Shown one piece after another: positions 10,514-19,130 of a stretch of 64,000 nucleotides of DNA. The stretch covers positions 1 through 64,000 of the IMG/VR virus record IMGVR_UViG_3300004369_000010. One strand, 5' to 3'. The notes beneath the pieces are model-generated. The model was not told the DNA's origin, did no database searches, and saw only the letters and a program-made list of their open reading frames with translations. Within the stretch, counting starts at the first letter, position 1; each line of letters starts with the position of its first letter. Made by a program: the position numbers and the translations under genes. The DNA is from a virus.

Positions 10514-10545
10514 TGCTTGCGCCCTTATTCTTAGTTTGTGTGAAC

Positions 10546-10842
10546 TTACGGGTTGTTATGAAACAGGTCTCTCAAACCGCTTTTTGCCAAATATTCCCGA
10601 TCCATTTGTGAGATGTCTTTAATATTACTATCTACCAGTTCGTAAGAGGCATAGAGAACTCCGTTGACATCTTCCGGTTCTGCGAATATGGCACGTTTAC
10701 CAGGACTTTCAGGTACTGGCGTAGAGAGAACCTCGCGCCAACCTTTAGGAAGCGGAGAACCTGGCTCCCAACCCGGCTGCGCCAAGGCCACATCTCCCTT
10801 ATAGCGAGGAAATTTTCCATCAGGATCCATATAAAGATTCAC
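10546..10842 (-). CDS. Hypothetical protein (possible fibre assembly chaperone)
   Basis: Small ORF between fibre genes; FPRYKGDV...LPKGWREV. Confidence 0.45.
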   Translation of the reverse strand: MNLYMDPDGKFPRYKGDVALAQPGWEPGSPLPKGWREVLSTPVPESPGKRAIFAEPEDVNGVLYASYELVDSNIKDISQMDREYLAKSGLRDLFHNNP

Positions 10843-12416
10843 TTGATAAATCCCATCTCATGATTGAACGGCACATCTGTCTTACTAGGAGTACTTAAAT
10901 TCACTGTCGTGAAATCGTCAGTTGAATCTGCAGTGAAAACAGTTGGATTATCTGGCGTTTCTGAAGTAGGGCCAGCAAACACGATAGAACTTTCGGCGTA
11001 ATCCACTATCAAAGACTCTGTTTGAACGCTTCCACCATTAAAATTTCCAAAACTTAACTCGTGCGTTGACTCCAATGATCCGTCAAACGGAAAAGCCAGT
11101 GAGACGAAAATTTCTTCTGCTGTGGTACCCCAAAAACCGTCGGCATCAAACAGAGTAGCAACTATAAAGAAACTATCTTCACTTGCCCATTTGACACTAA
11201 ACGACGTTATCTGCAGATCTGTTTCAACACTTTCATGTTCATATCTAAAACTTATTCGTCTTTGCCAAATTATTTCCCCCAAATGATCCACTCTGACCAG
11301 AACGATTGAAGCCGTATAAAGTTCGTCATCTAGTTCGTAAAAAGGAAAAATCGCGCTTCCATCCGAAGGCACCTCAATAGCCCTTGGATAGGGCATCATT
11401 TCATAATTACTTGTTGAAAGAATTTTAGCTGACCCATAGTTGAAGGCCAGCGCCGCTATATAACTCAACGAGGTGCCGCCACCATCAAACGGTCGCCATC
11501 CCCATGCAACATACTGTCGATCCCAACTGGGTCGCGAAGAAACAACATGGGCAGGAGTTGATATTCCGCCCGACTCGGCTGAGCCTGTCCAAATTTTCCA
11601 TGGAAATGTTGAGTCCACTGTTCCGCCAGCCAGGTAACGGATCACCCAAACCTGTGGTTCGGACGCAGAAGAGTCCTGGAACGCAATCGGATAACTGACA
11701 TTCCCCGAATCGTAACCAGCCATCTGTCCCTGCACAAAAAAAGTAGCAGACGAACTGTAAGACAAACGCCTATGCCATATCAGAGTTCCTGACTGATTAT
11801 ATTTACGTAAATATATATGTTGGTTGCCATCGAATGTTGTGTTGCCAGAAAGACCCCAAAACACATAGGTTTGCCAATTGTCAAAATAGACCTGATTGTC
11901 AAAAAAGTCATTGCTACCGATATAGATTTTTTTCGCCCAGTTAAATGTCGGTGGACTAACCAAACCGTAGTACTCGTAACTTGACAATGAATTTGATGCT
12001 CCACCGAACTCATCAATTAGTTCAGCGACATACACATGTTCTGACTGGGATCCACCTAAAATTCTTTGCGTAGGTTCCGCTCCAGTCGCGTCATTCCATC
12101 GATAATATGGATTCTTTAACGTGGAGAACTCAGTAAATGTATATGGGAATATCCCACCTGGCTCCCCCGAGTACCCTCCAAGTAAGCTAGTGTAATCAAG
12201 GTAAACAGACCAATTATTGCTGGATGTGGTGGAATCAGTGACCCCAGATATAACCAGTCCGTAATAATCTTTTCCTGCGAACTGGATTGGGCCAACCTGA
12301 GCAACAGATAGAAACGGTACAGATGTAGATATGTCCGTCCGATGAAACAGCGAATAGTAGTAATCAATTTTTCCCTGAACTGCTTCGCAGGCTACATAAT
12401 ATTGGATATTAGGCAT
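10839..12416 (-). CDS. Putative receptor-binding / beta-propeller structural protein
   Basis: 525 aa, aromatic-rich; repeated LRKYNQSGTLIWHRRL / LVRVDHLGEIIWQRRI blade-like motifs. Confidence 0.55.
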   Translation of the reverse strand: MPNIQYYVACEAVQGKIDYYYSLFHRTDISTSVPFLSVAQVGPIQFAGKDYYGLVISGVTDSTTSSNNWSVYLDYTSLLGGYSGEPGGIFPYTFTEFSTLKNPYYRWNDATGAEPTQRILGGSQSEHVYVAELIDEFGGASNSLSSYEYYGLVSPPTFNWAKKIYIGSNDFFDNQVYFDNWQTYVFWGLSGNTTFDGNQHIYLRKYNQSGTLIWHRRLSYSSSATFFVQGQMAGYDSGNVSYPIAFQDSSASEPQVWVIRYLAGGTVDSTFPWKIWTGSAESGGISTPAHVVSSRPSWDRQYVAWGWRPFDGGGTSLSYIAALAFNYGSAKILSTSNYEMMPYPRAIEVPSDGSAIFPFYELDDELYTASIVLVRVDHLGEIIWQRRISFRYEHESVETDLQITSFSVKWASEDSFFIVATLFDADGFWGTTAEEIFVSLAFPFDGSLESTHELSFGNFNGGSVQTESLIVDYAESSIVFAGPTSETPDNPTVFTADSTDDFTTVNLSTPSKTDVPFNHEMGFIK

Positions 12417-12419
12417 TGA

Positions 12420-13160
12420 TTACCCCAGATCGCCTACAAGAATATAAAAATCATTGTCCGCATAATAAATGGCAGTTGCAGCCGCATACCTTCCCGACAT
12501 GGATTTATAGCCGCTCTTTGACCCCACCCCTGCACTTCCTGCTGCCTGGAAGATAATGTCATTTGAGCCAACTATGAGCATAAACATGAACTGCATTCCA
12601 TCTTGTAAACCCGAATCAGTGGCAATGTCGGGAAGTGTGATAGTCACATCACCAGCCAGGGTGTCAACATAAATGAGTTTTCCTGCGTCACCTGAGCTCA
12701 AGGTGAAACTAGATGATTCCGTTTGCGTCGGCAGGGGTGACTCAAACGAAAAAGGATCTGCCCATTCAACACCCGTGGCTTCAGATGAGTTCGCAAACAA
12801 TGCTTGCCCATCCGTTCCAATAGGCACCCGAGCCACCGTGTCGTTGGCGGTACCAACGAGTAAATCACCCTTCGCATCCACATTCAACGAAATTGTGAAC
12901 GACGAGGTTGACTCTGAGACTGAAATCCCTGAGCCACCCGTAATTTCGCCGATAGCCGTCCACAGCGTTCCGTCAAAGTATCGGATCACATTGTCATCTT
13001 TTGTGTAGCACACCATACCTTCAGAGGGTGTCGCTAACTCGGCATCACGTGTCGTGGTGTTATCAAACACCATTACACTCTGCTCCATCAAATATTGCAT
13101 GAGGTCAGCAGCATAAAATGCCTCCTCATCTACCCATGATCGATAACCGGCTCCAGCCAT
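12420..13160 (-). CDS. Minor tail protein / short fibre
   Basis: N-terminal MAGAGYRSW...YLMEQSVMVF...TPSEGMVCY attachment-type domain; AKGDLLVG module. Confidence 0.7.
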   Translation of the reverse strand: MAGAGYRSWVDEEAFYAADLMQYLMEQSVMVFDNTTTRDAELATPSEGMVCYTKDDNVIRYFDGTLWTAIGEITGGSGISVSESTSSFTISLNVDAKGDLLVGTANDTVARVPIGTDGQALFANSSEATGVEWADPFSFESPLPTQTESSSFTLSSGDAGKLIYVDTLAGDVTITLPDIATDSGLQDGMQFMFMLIVGSNDIIFQAAGSAGVGSKSGYKSMSGRYAAATAIYYADNDFYILVGDLG

Positions 13161-13169
13161 AATTACTCC

Positions 13170-14651
13170 TTACAACAAGCTGCTTGACAACAGACCATCT
13201 GTAGAACTTCCCAAGATAAAGAGACTGTCGGTACCCTCGGCATTGCATTCGTGCTCAATTTTAAAACCAGCCGGTTTGGTGTACTGCAACGCATCAATAA
13301 TTTCCTGAGATGATTCCCCATCCACACCACCAGGGGTTTCACTTGTCTTGGTAAAAACCTTAATCAGGAAAGGAACGCCTTGATGCTTGGGGTAGATTGT
13401 CACCGTCTTGCTGTCAGTCAAATAAAACTTTACGGTTTCTTCTAACGCTTCAAGAGTTCCCGCCCTTATCCCATAATACTGATTTGTTATCTGCCAGCGA
13501 AGAAACTCAATACGGTTGGTGATATCAATACGGAATGCCTCAATCTCAATCCACGACTGATCTATTAGCCCGACCTCTCCAACCGTGTCACTTTCATCTG
13601 CCTCAACTTGCTCCCATTCAAGCGTTGATGTACCTATATCCTGACTCGTTATCTCAAACTGACCGTCAAAAGTTCCTGCGTCACGAACCAAAACCGTCTG
13701 ACCAACCTCAAACGCGGTGACATCCCCATCAAGTACGGCAGTAACAATGTTTGATGCCCTATCAATAGTTATGACATCCAAATTGATTTGCGGCGTGGGA
13801 TCAATGTCCTCCATGAGTGCCAACCAATTGCTAGGAAGGTTGCCCCATGGTGTTGTTCGAATCGTTGGATCTACATATTGAGTCCCCGTAAACTGAGATA
13901 GCCATGGAAGAAAGCGGGGTTCGCAGACATTCCCATCAATAAGCGCACTTAAAGACGTTTCATCTGCGACATCTCGTCCACCTTCAATATCCCTATACCG
14001 ATAATGGACGTATTGACCGTAACCAAGTCCAGCGCCCGTTAGCCCTATTTCCATCATCCGATACATCGGAAACGACGGGTAGACTTGCGCTAAATCAAAA
14101 TCGTTAAAAACTGACGGTACGAGTGGCACACACTCACGCAGAAACCTGTTATTAGTAAACCCATACTCGGGCATTAATACCGGAATCGTCAATAAAATCG
14201 GCAACCCATTGTGCGCACTGATTGTTATCGTTACAGCAATAGCATAGGTTTCAGCAGTGTCGGGGATATCCAATGGTTCGGCCCTAACAATACGCCAAAC
14301 TCCAGCCGCCACCAGATTAGATCGCGAAGTGGAGTCCTCCCCATCTAAAGCGAGCGTGACTTCAACAACAGCATCGGCTTCAGCCTTTATCCGACAGTGA
14401 AAATCCATGTTATCGTTAGCATCAATAAGACGTGTTTCACTTGGATTAAAGGTCAGAACAATATCAGTATAATCTGTTGGTTGAATACGAAGTGAGTTAT
14501 AACCAGACGCCACTTTTGAGTCAAAATCAACGGACAATGTTGCGTTCGTCGCTGACCACGACCCGATTGTTGAAGCGAAAGAATGATCCTCTTCCTCAAT
14601 CAGATTGACCTGTAGTTCACCGGTCTGTAGGAAACTTTCTCCATGTGCCAT
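13170..14651 (-). CDS. Baseplate wedge protein (P2 gpI-like)
   Basis: FLPWLSQFTG, RAGTLEALE and TKPAG motifs; follows the baseplate J gene. Confidence 0.65.
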   Translation of the reverse strand: MAHGESFLQTGELQVNLIEEEDHSFASTIGSWSATNATLSVDFDSKVASGYNSLRIQPTDYTDIVLTFNPSETRLIDANDNMDFHCRIKAEADAVVEVTLALDGEDSTSRSNLVAAGVWRIVRAEPLDIPDTAETYAIAVTITISAHNGLPILLTIPVLMPEYGFTNNRFLRECVPLVPSVFNDFDLAQVYPSFPMYRMMEIGLTGAGLGYGQYVHYRYRDIEGGRDVADETSLSALIDGNVCEPRFLPWLSQFTGTQYVDPTIRTTPWGNLPSNWLALMEDIDPTPQINLDVITIDRASNIVTAVLDGDVTAFEVGQTVLVRDAGTFDGQFEITSQDIGTSTLEWEQVEADESDTVGEVGLIDQSWIEIEAFRIDITNRIEFLRWQITNQYYGIRAGTLEALEETVKFYLTDSKTVTIYPKHQGVPFLIKVFTKTSETPGGVDGESSQEIIDALQYTKPAGFKIEHECNAEGTDSLFILGSSTDGLLSSSLL

Positions 14652-14653
14652 GA

Positions 14654-16087
14654 CTACACCGCCGACACCGTTACTGTTGCTTGTGGCAACACACCCCTAT
14701 AGAGGAATGTTATGTCTCCGCCAACTCCTTGATAGGCAAGTAGTTCATCTGCATCCAGAGACATAGTCGTACTCTCCACATAGGCCACACCCTCGACTTG
14801 CGAAACCTGGTTTGTTACCGAACTTAAACGCACGGTGCCCCCCCAGTCCCAGAACTGTGGAGAGAGATAGTTAGTAATCGCAGTATCAACGGCGGTTCGC
14901 ACATCCAATTCCGAATAACCCGCCGTAAGACCAAAGGTAATTGACACATCAATTGGAACAATCAGAGCATTGACAATACCCAATTGGATACCCGCAACCA
15001 TTTTAGAACTGACCCCAACCTGAATTTCATCCCGCACACTCGCCGAAATATCTGTCCCCTCAGACGATGTCACAGCGATTGTTACTGCCCCTAGTTCGTC
15101 AGCTGTTGTGTACTTCAACCCTTCCAGTAGTTCAACGGTGAAAGGAGATGATGATGTTTCGCCACTTGATGCCCCAACAGTATTCGTAAAATACACTGCC
15201 GAACCGGGGTAAGGCTCTACTGAATCCACCTCAAAGATGCCGTTAAAATAATCTGGCGTCGCTCCATAGATACGAATAACATCACCTGCGTTGGCAGGCG
15301 GATCAACGGAAGTCAAATTTGGTGTAAGGGATGCCCCAATCAGACCGCCTGATTCAAAAATCTGGATTCCATCTAGTTCGTCAACTTCAACTAAATCAAG
15401 TGTTTTTGCTCGGTACGCCTCAGCGTGATTTGTCAAGACATATGAATTAATCTGTGTAGCTGTTGCAAGTCCGGATGACAGACTTTGAATAAAGGCTACG
15501 CCACGAGTGAAATATTCCGCATCTGATTCACCGACAACTCCTTGCGTTAATGAGCCAGAGAATGTTACGGAAAAAACTTTGTTTGATGCACTCAAAATGA
15601 TGAGACTGTCGCCATCAGCGATAGCCGGTTTTTCGCCTGTTTCAATGGCAATAATTGATACTGGGTCAGATGTAGTTGATCCAACATCAATTTGACCACC
15701 AACAGTAGTTTCAAATATATGCTGTATGGATCCTGTTTCTGTTGTTTCCGTGTACGCAACTTGTGTGCCGATAGGAATACTTAAACCCGTATCATCAATT
15801 GATGTAAAAATAACTGAACCGCTTGCATAGTCATTCTCTACGCGGTTGAAGCCCATCAAGCCAAGAACGCCTTCCATTAAACCATTAGGAAGTCGATTAA
15901 TTGCACCTGTTACCAATCCAGTCACATACGACATGGCTTGAAGCATTGCGTCTTCAACGGTTCCAGTTCGTGGACTAAACTCTGGTAGAGCCGTTGTGGC
16001 GTACTCAACAGCAGCAGTGTAAATGTCCGCTGGTTGAGAATCATTGATTGTCAGGTCAATGTATTCGCTGAAGTCAGGTGAAGCCAT
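14654..16087 (-). CDS. Baseplate J-like protein
   Basis: IPIGTQV, GESDAEY and VSQVEGVAYV motifs; myovirus gene order. Confidence 0.8.
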   Translation of the reverse strand: MASPDFSEYIDLTINDSQPADIYTAAVEYATTALPEFSPRTGTVEDAMLQAMSYVTGLVTGAINRLPNGLMEGVLGLMGFNRVENDYASGSVIFTSIDDTGLSIPIGTQVAYTETTETGSIQHIFETTVGGQIDVGSTTSDPVSIIAIETGEKPAIADGDSLIILSASNKVFSVTFSGSLTQGVVGESDAEYFTRGVAFIQSLSSGLATATQINSYVLTNHAEAYRAKTLDLVEVDELDGIQIFESGGLIGASLTPNLTSVDPPANAGDVIRIYGATPDYFNGIFEVDSVEPYPGSAVYFTNTVGASSGETSSSPFTVELLEGLKYTTADELGAVTIAVTSSEGTDISASVRDEIQVGVSSKMVAGIQLGIVNALIVPIDVSITFGLTAGYSELDVRTAVDTAITNYLSPQFWDWGGTVRLSSVTNQVSQVEGVAYVESTTMSLDADELLAYQGVGGDITFLYRGVLPQATVTVSAV

Positions 16088-16089
16088 TA

Positions 16090-16386
16090 TCAGGTCCTTC
16101 TTGCAAAAGATATTGCTATGCCTACTTGCCCGGCATCGTCTTGATTTATGTCAACTGATGTGAGAGCTATTTCAGGGATGAAAGCCCCTGCGGTAAAGGC
16201 AAGTTGCTTTTTGCCTTCTTCGCTGAAAACTGGATCTGCAGCACCATAGTCTGGAGTAAGTGGCAATTCACCAGGCCTGATTTGGCATGTCAACGCCAAT
16301 AGTTGAGCGTAATACTCGTCCGTGTCAGTACTGACAGTTTCTACCCTGCCAGCCTTAAAACTGATGGGTATACGCATTGAGTCCAT
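16090..16386 (-). CDS. Baseplate wedge subunit (gp25/gpW-like)
   Basis: RPGELPLTPDYG motif; 98 aa, just upstream of baseplate J. Confidence 0.75.
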   Translation of the reverse strand: MDSMRIPISFKAGRVETVSTDTDEYYAQLLALTCQIRPGELPLTPDYGAADPVFSEEGKKQLAFTAGAFIPEIALTSVDINQDDAGQVGIAISFARRT

Positions 16387-16412
16387 TATCTAATTTTGCC
16401 ATGCCTGAGAGG

Positions 16413-16844
16413 TCAAGACAGAATGGATCCTAAAACAATAATTTCATCCAAACTGCTATTCAAAAAGCCACAAAGTACCTGGGTTCCAATTGGTGGAGTC
16501 ACCATCTGAACATCAACCAAAACTACGAAGTCGTTAGTTTCATCACTCACAGATTTAACGAAAGTACTGGTCGTGTAGGTGACTGGAGTAGAATTACCTC
16601 CAGAAACCGTCACGACGGCACTACCTGTCGTCTCAACAGTTTCAGTTACAGCGGCAGCTCGGGTTACATCAACTTGGAGAGTGTTTGAAATTACCAGACA
16701 AGGTCCGTAGCTGAAACCTGGCGTAAGTTGCGGTATTTCCACATAAACCTGGTTTCCTTCCACATTAGTTACCGTACCTAGGTATAGGCCATTTTTCTCC
16801 AACTCAACGGAGGCTGTTTTCTGTGGCGAGATGTAATTAAACAT
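16413..16844 (-). CDS. Baseplate spike (gpV-like OB fold)
   Basis: GLYLGTV...VEIPQL...PPIGTQVLCGFLNS...IVLG; position after the hub. Confidence 0.6.
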   Translation of the reverse strand: MFNYISPQKTASVELEKNGLYLGTVTNVEGNQVYVEIPQLTPGFSYGPCLVISNTLQVDVTRAAAVTETVETTGSAVVTVSGGNSTPVTYTTSTFVKSVSDETNDFVVLVDVQMVTPPIGTQVLCGFLNSSLDEIIVLGSILS

Positions 16845-16852
16845 TCAGTTCA

Positions 16853-18397
16853 CTACCTGTAGTTGACATTGCCTAGACGGGGGAAATTAAGTTCTAAAGT
16901 TTGTGTCGGCTGTTTCGTAATCTGGCTTCTAACTCGAACTAACACCATGTATTGAGCTGAACCAGATCCATACTCCGACCTAAATTGATCAAACAGTTTG
17001 TTTGCTTGCGCCACTGTAGTTGCCTTGTAAATGCGTGAGGCATCAACTCTGGCCCTGGCAATAAAGGACTCCCTCGCCACCACCCCAAGATTTAGCGTAT
17101 TGGCATAGTTAGTTATGGAACGAGTTACACCAGCGGGTAAACCGGCAGTCAAAGCAGTCGCTACACCCAATTCTGTATTATTTCGCAGCAGAACCCTTAC
17201 ATGATTCAGCGCTTTATAGCGGACATTGCTGTTACCACCAGGAAGAGAGTTTCGGTAATTTTCAATGGCCGTATTTTGTCCAGCTACTGTTTTGATATTG
17301 AACCAAATTTGTGATGCCTTCTGAACAACTTCATCCCCAGCGGCTTTCACTTTGGCAGCAAATGTGTCAGCATTAGTGAATTCGCTTCGTGGATAGTTCC
17401 TATTAACATAGTCGCGGATTTTATTGGCTATATCAATAGGTAGATTTGACGGCGTCGTATTGTTTGACCTATTATTTCCACCGCCTGTTCCGGTTGTTTG
17501 CGTCTCTTCAGGTTTGATCGGCGTTCGGAAAGTTATTTGAACAGGATCCGGTTTACCTTCACTAAACTCAACTGCTGTAATCAAATAAAAAGCCTCAAAA
17601 TCAGGAATACCAACCAAACACAAAGTCATACCTGGCCTCAAAAGTCGACCATTAGTACGCTCAACAACCATCGTCCCATCAGCGTCCATAGGATCGTCAT
17701 CCGAGCGACGGACATTTGGAATATCCAGCAAAACATATTTATTAGATGCACCAGGAAATGTTTCCTCGGACGGCACAGGCCACCCGTACGGCACAAAAGC
17801 CGACGTCCCAAACTTATAGTTTGGGTCACCCCACTTCCCCATCAAAAATTGCTGTGAACAAAAAAACAAAATATTATTAACTTCAAAACAAATAAACTGA
17901 GCGTCATTCGCCGAGCGTTGTAGAACATCCCAGACAGATTCATCTGTCTTGCCACTACGTCCCTTAACAATAGATTGCTTTTTAGATGTCTCTTCAACCA
18001 CGATGTCCATGTTGAACCGTTTAGCGACAGTTCGCGCATAATCCGATGCTGATGTTCCACGATAAGCCTCTGGCGTTTTATCGCGTTTCATCATCTGGAC
18101 ATTTTTATTACGACAGGACAATCGATAGACAGGATGAATTGACTCGCTACGTTGCACCTCAACGGCCGCAATTTCAAAAATCAGATCTTGATAGAAAACA
18201 TCACGTCGAATCTGAAAATAATTTGCACTGGCAAAATTAAAATTCACATCTAAAATTTCTAGCGTTAACTCTGATGCACCATCCATTGTTAACGAAACAT
18301 CAAATGTCAACAACGAATCAGAGATATCTCGCATCTCATTCGTAGCAAGATCACCAATACGGATAAGTTCACTATCAATGGGTATAAAACTAGGCAT
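16853..18397 (-). CDS. Baseplate hub protein (gpD/gp27-like) with a C-terminal extension
   Basis: ESVWDVLQR, LRPGMT and YLITAVEF motifs; position in the tail operon. Confidence 0.65.
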   Translation of the reverse strand: MPSFIPIDSELIRIGDLATNEMRDISDSLLTFDVSLTMDGASELTLEILDVNFNFASANYFQIRRDVFYQDLIFEIAAVEVQRSESIHPVYRLSCRNKNVQMMKRDKTPEAYRGTSASDYARTVAKRFNMDIVVEETSKKQSIVKGRSGKTDESVWDVLQRSANDAQFICFEVNNILFFCSQQFLMGKWGDPNYKFGTSAFVPYGWPVPSEETFPGASNKYVLLDIPNVRRSDDDPMDADGTMVVERTNGRLLRPGMTLCLVGIPDFEAFYLITAVEFSEGKPDPVQITFRTPIKPEETQTTGTGGGNNRSNNTTPSNLPIDIANKIRDYVNRNYPRSEFTNADTFAAKVKAAGDEVVQKASQIWFNIKTVAGQNTAIENYRNSLPGGNSNVRYKALNHVRVLLRNNTELGVATALTAGLPAGVTRSITNYANTLNLGVVARESFIARARVDASRIYKATTVAQANKLFDQFRSEYGSGSAQYMVLVRVRSQITKQPTQTLELNFPRLGNVNYR

Positions 18398-18408
18398 ACG
18401 GGATCACC

Positions 18409-19128
18409 TCAGATGCGTGGCTTTCCGAAGGTTTCCCACGTTTCGGTGTACTCCATGAAATCCTGTTCCTTGGATTTGCTACTCCCGCTTGACGGATTCT
18501 GCTCCTTAACATCTTCGCTGTAAGTAATAGTCGGCAGATCCGCAACGACAATACTTGGATTGTTATTTTCAATGATCGTCATTGTCATATCCGCCTGAAC
18601 AATTCGTTGAGCGCTATTACGCCTCAACGAGTCGAAGTTAAGATCTGAAATAGTCCAAAAGAATGTGGTCGCATCTGTTGTAGTGCGACCTATCGGGTTA
18701 CCCAAAAACCGGTCAAAATTATAAAACCAGACAGGACGTCCAGACGACGCAATAATCTGAAGTGTTGCGATATCGTTTTCAATATCCAATTGAAGACCAT
18801 CAAAAGGCACAGCCAACAAGAACTGCAATGTTACCTGTCGGGCTTTATACCGAGTGAAGGCGACAATAGGTGTTTTTCCAGCGCGCTCAATCTGAGCAAT
18901 TTCCGGTGCTAAATCTGAGTATGAAACTTGCTGAGGTGGGAACGGAAACTCAAATTCCAGGTTGTCCTGTTCCGTTTTATTTTTAGCAGCAATCATCGCA
19001 GGATAACGAACTGCCGACTGTTGAGTTGCGATTGTTCCTGCCGCAACATTTTGAGGAATCGCATTACTGAGTCGAGCGTTAGAAGGCGTAACCCGAATAC
19101 TTCTAATTCGTGAAATCTGGTCAGCCAT
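18409..19128 (-). CDS. Tail tube initiator-like protein
   Basis: Directly after the tape measure gene; IERAGKTPIV...QADMTMTIIE pattern. Confidence 0.5.
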   Translation of the reverse strand: MADQISRIRSIRVTPSNARLSNAIPQNVAAGTIATQQSAVRYPAMIAAKNKTEQDNLEFEFPFPPQQVSYSDLAPEIAQIERAGKTPIVAFTRYKARQVTLQFLLAVPFDGLQLDIENDIATLQIIASSGRPVWFYNFDRFLGNPIGRTTTDATTFFWTISDLNFDSLRRNSAQRIVQADMTMTIIENNNPSIVVADLPTITYSEDVKEQNPSSGSSKSKEQDFMEYTETWETFGKPRI

Positions 19129-19130
19129 AA

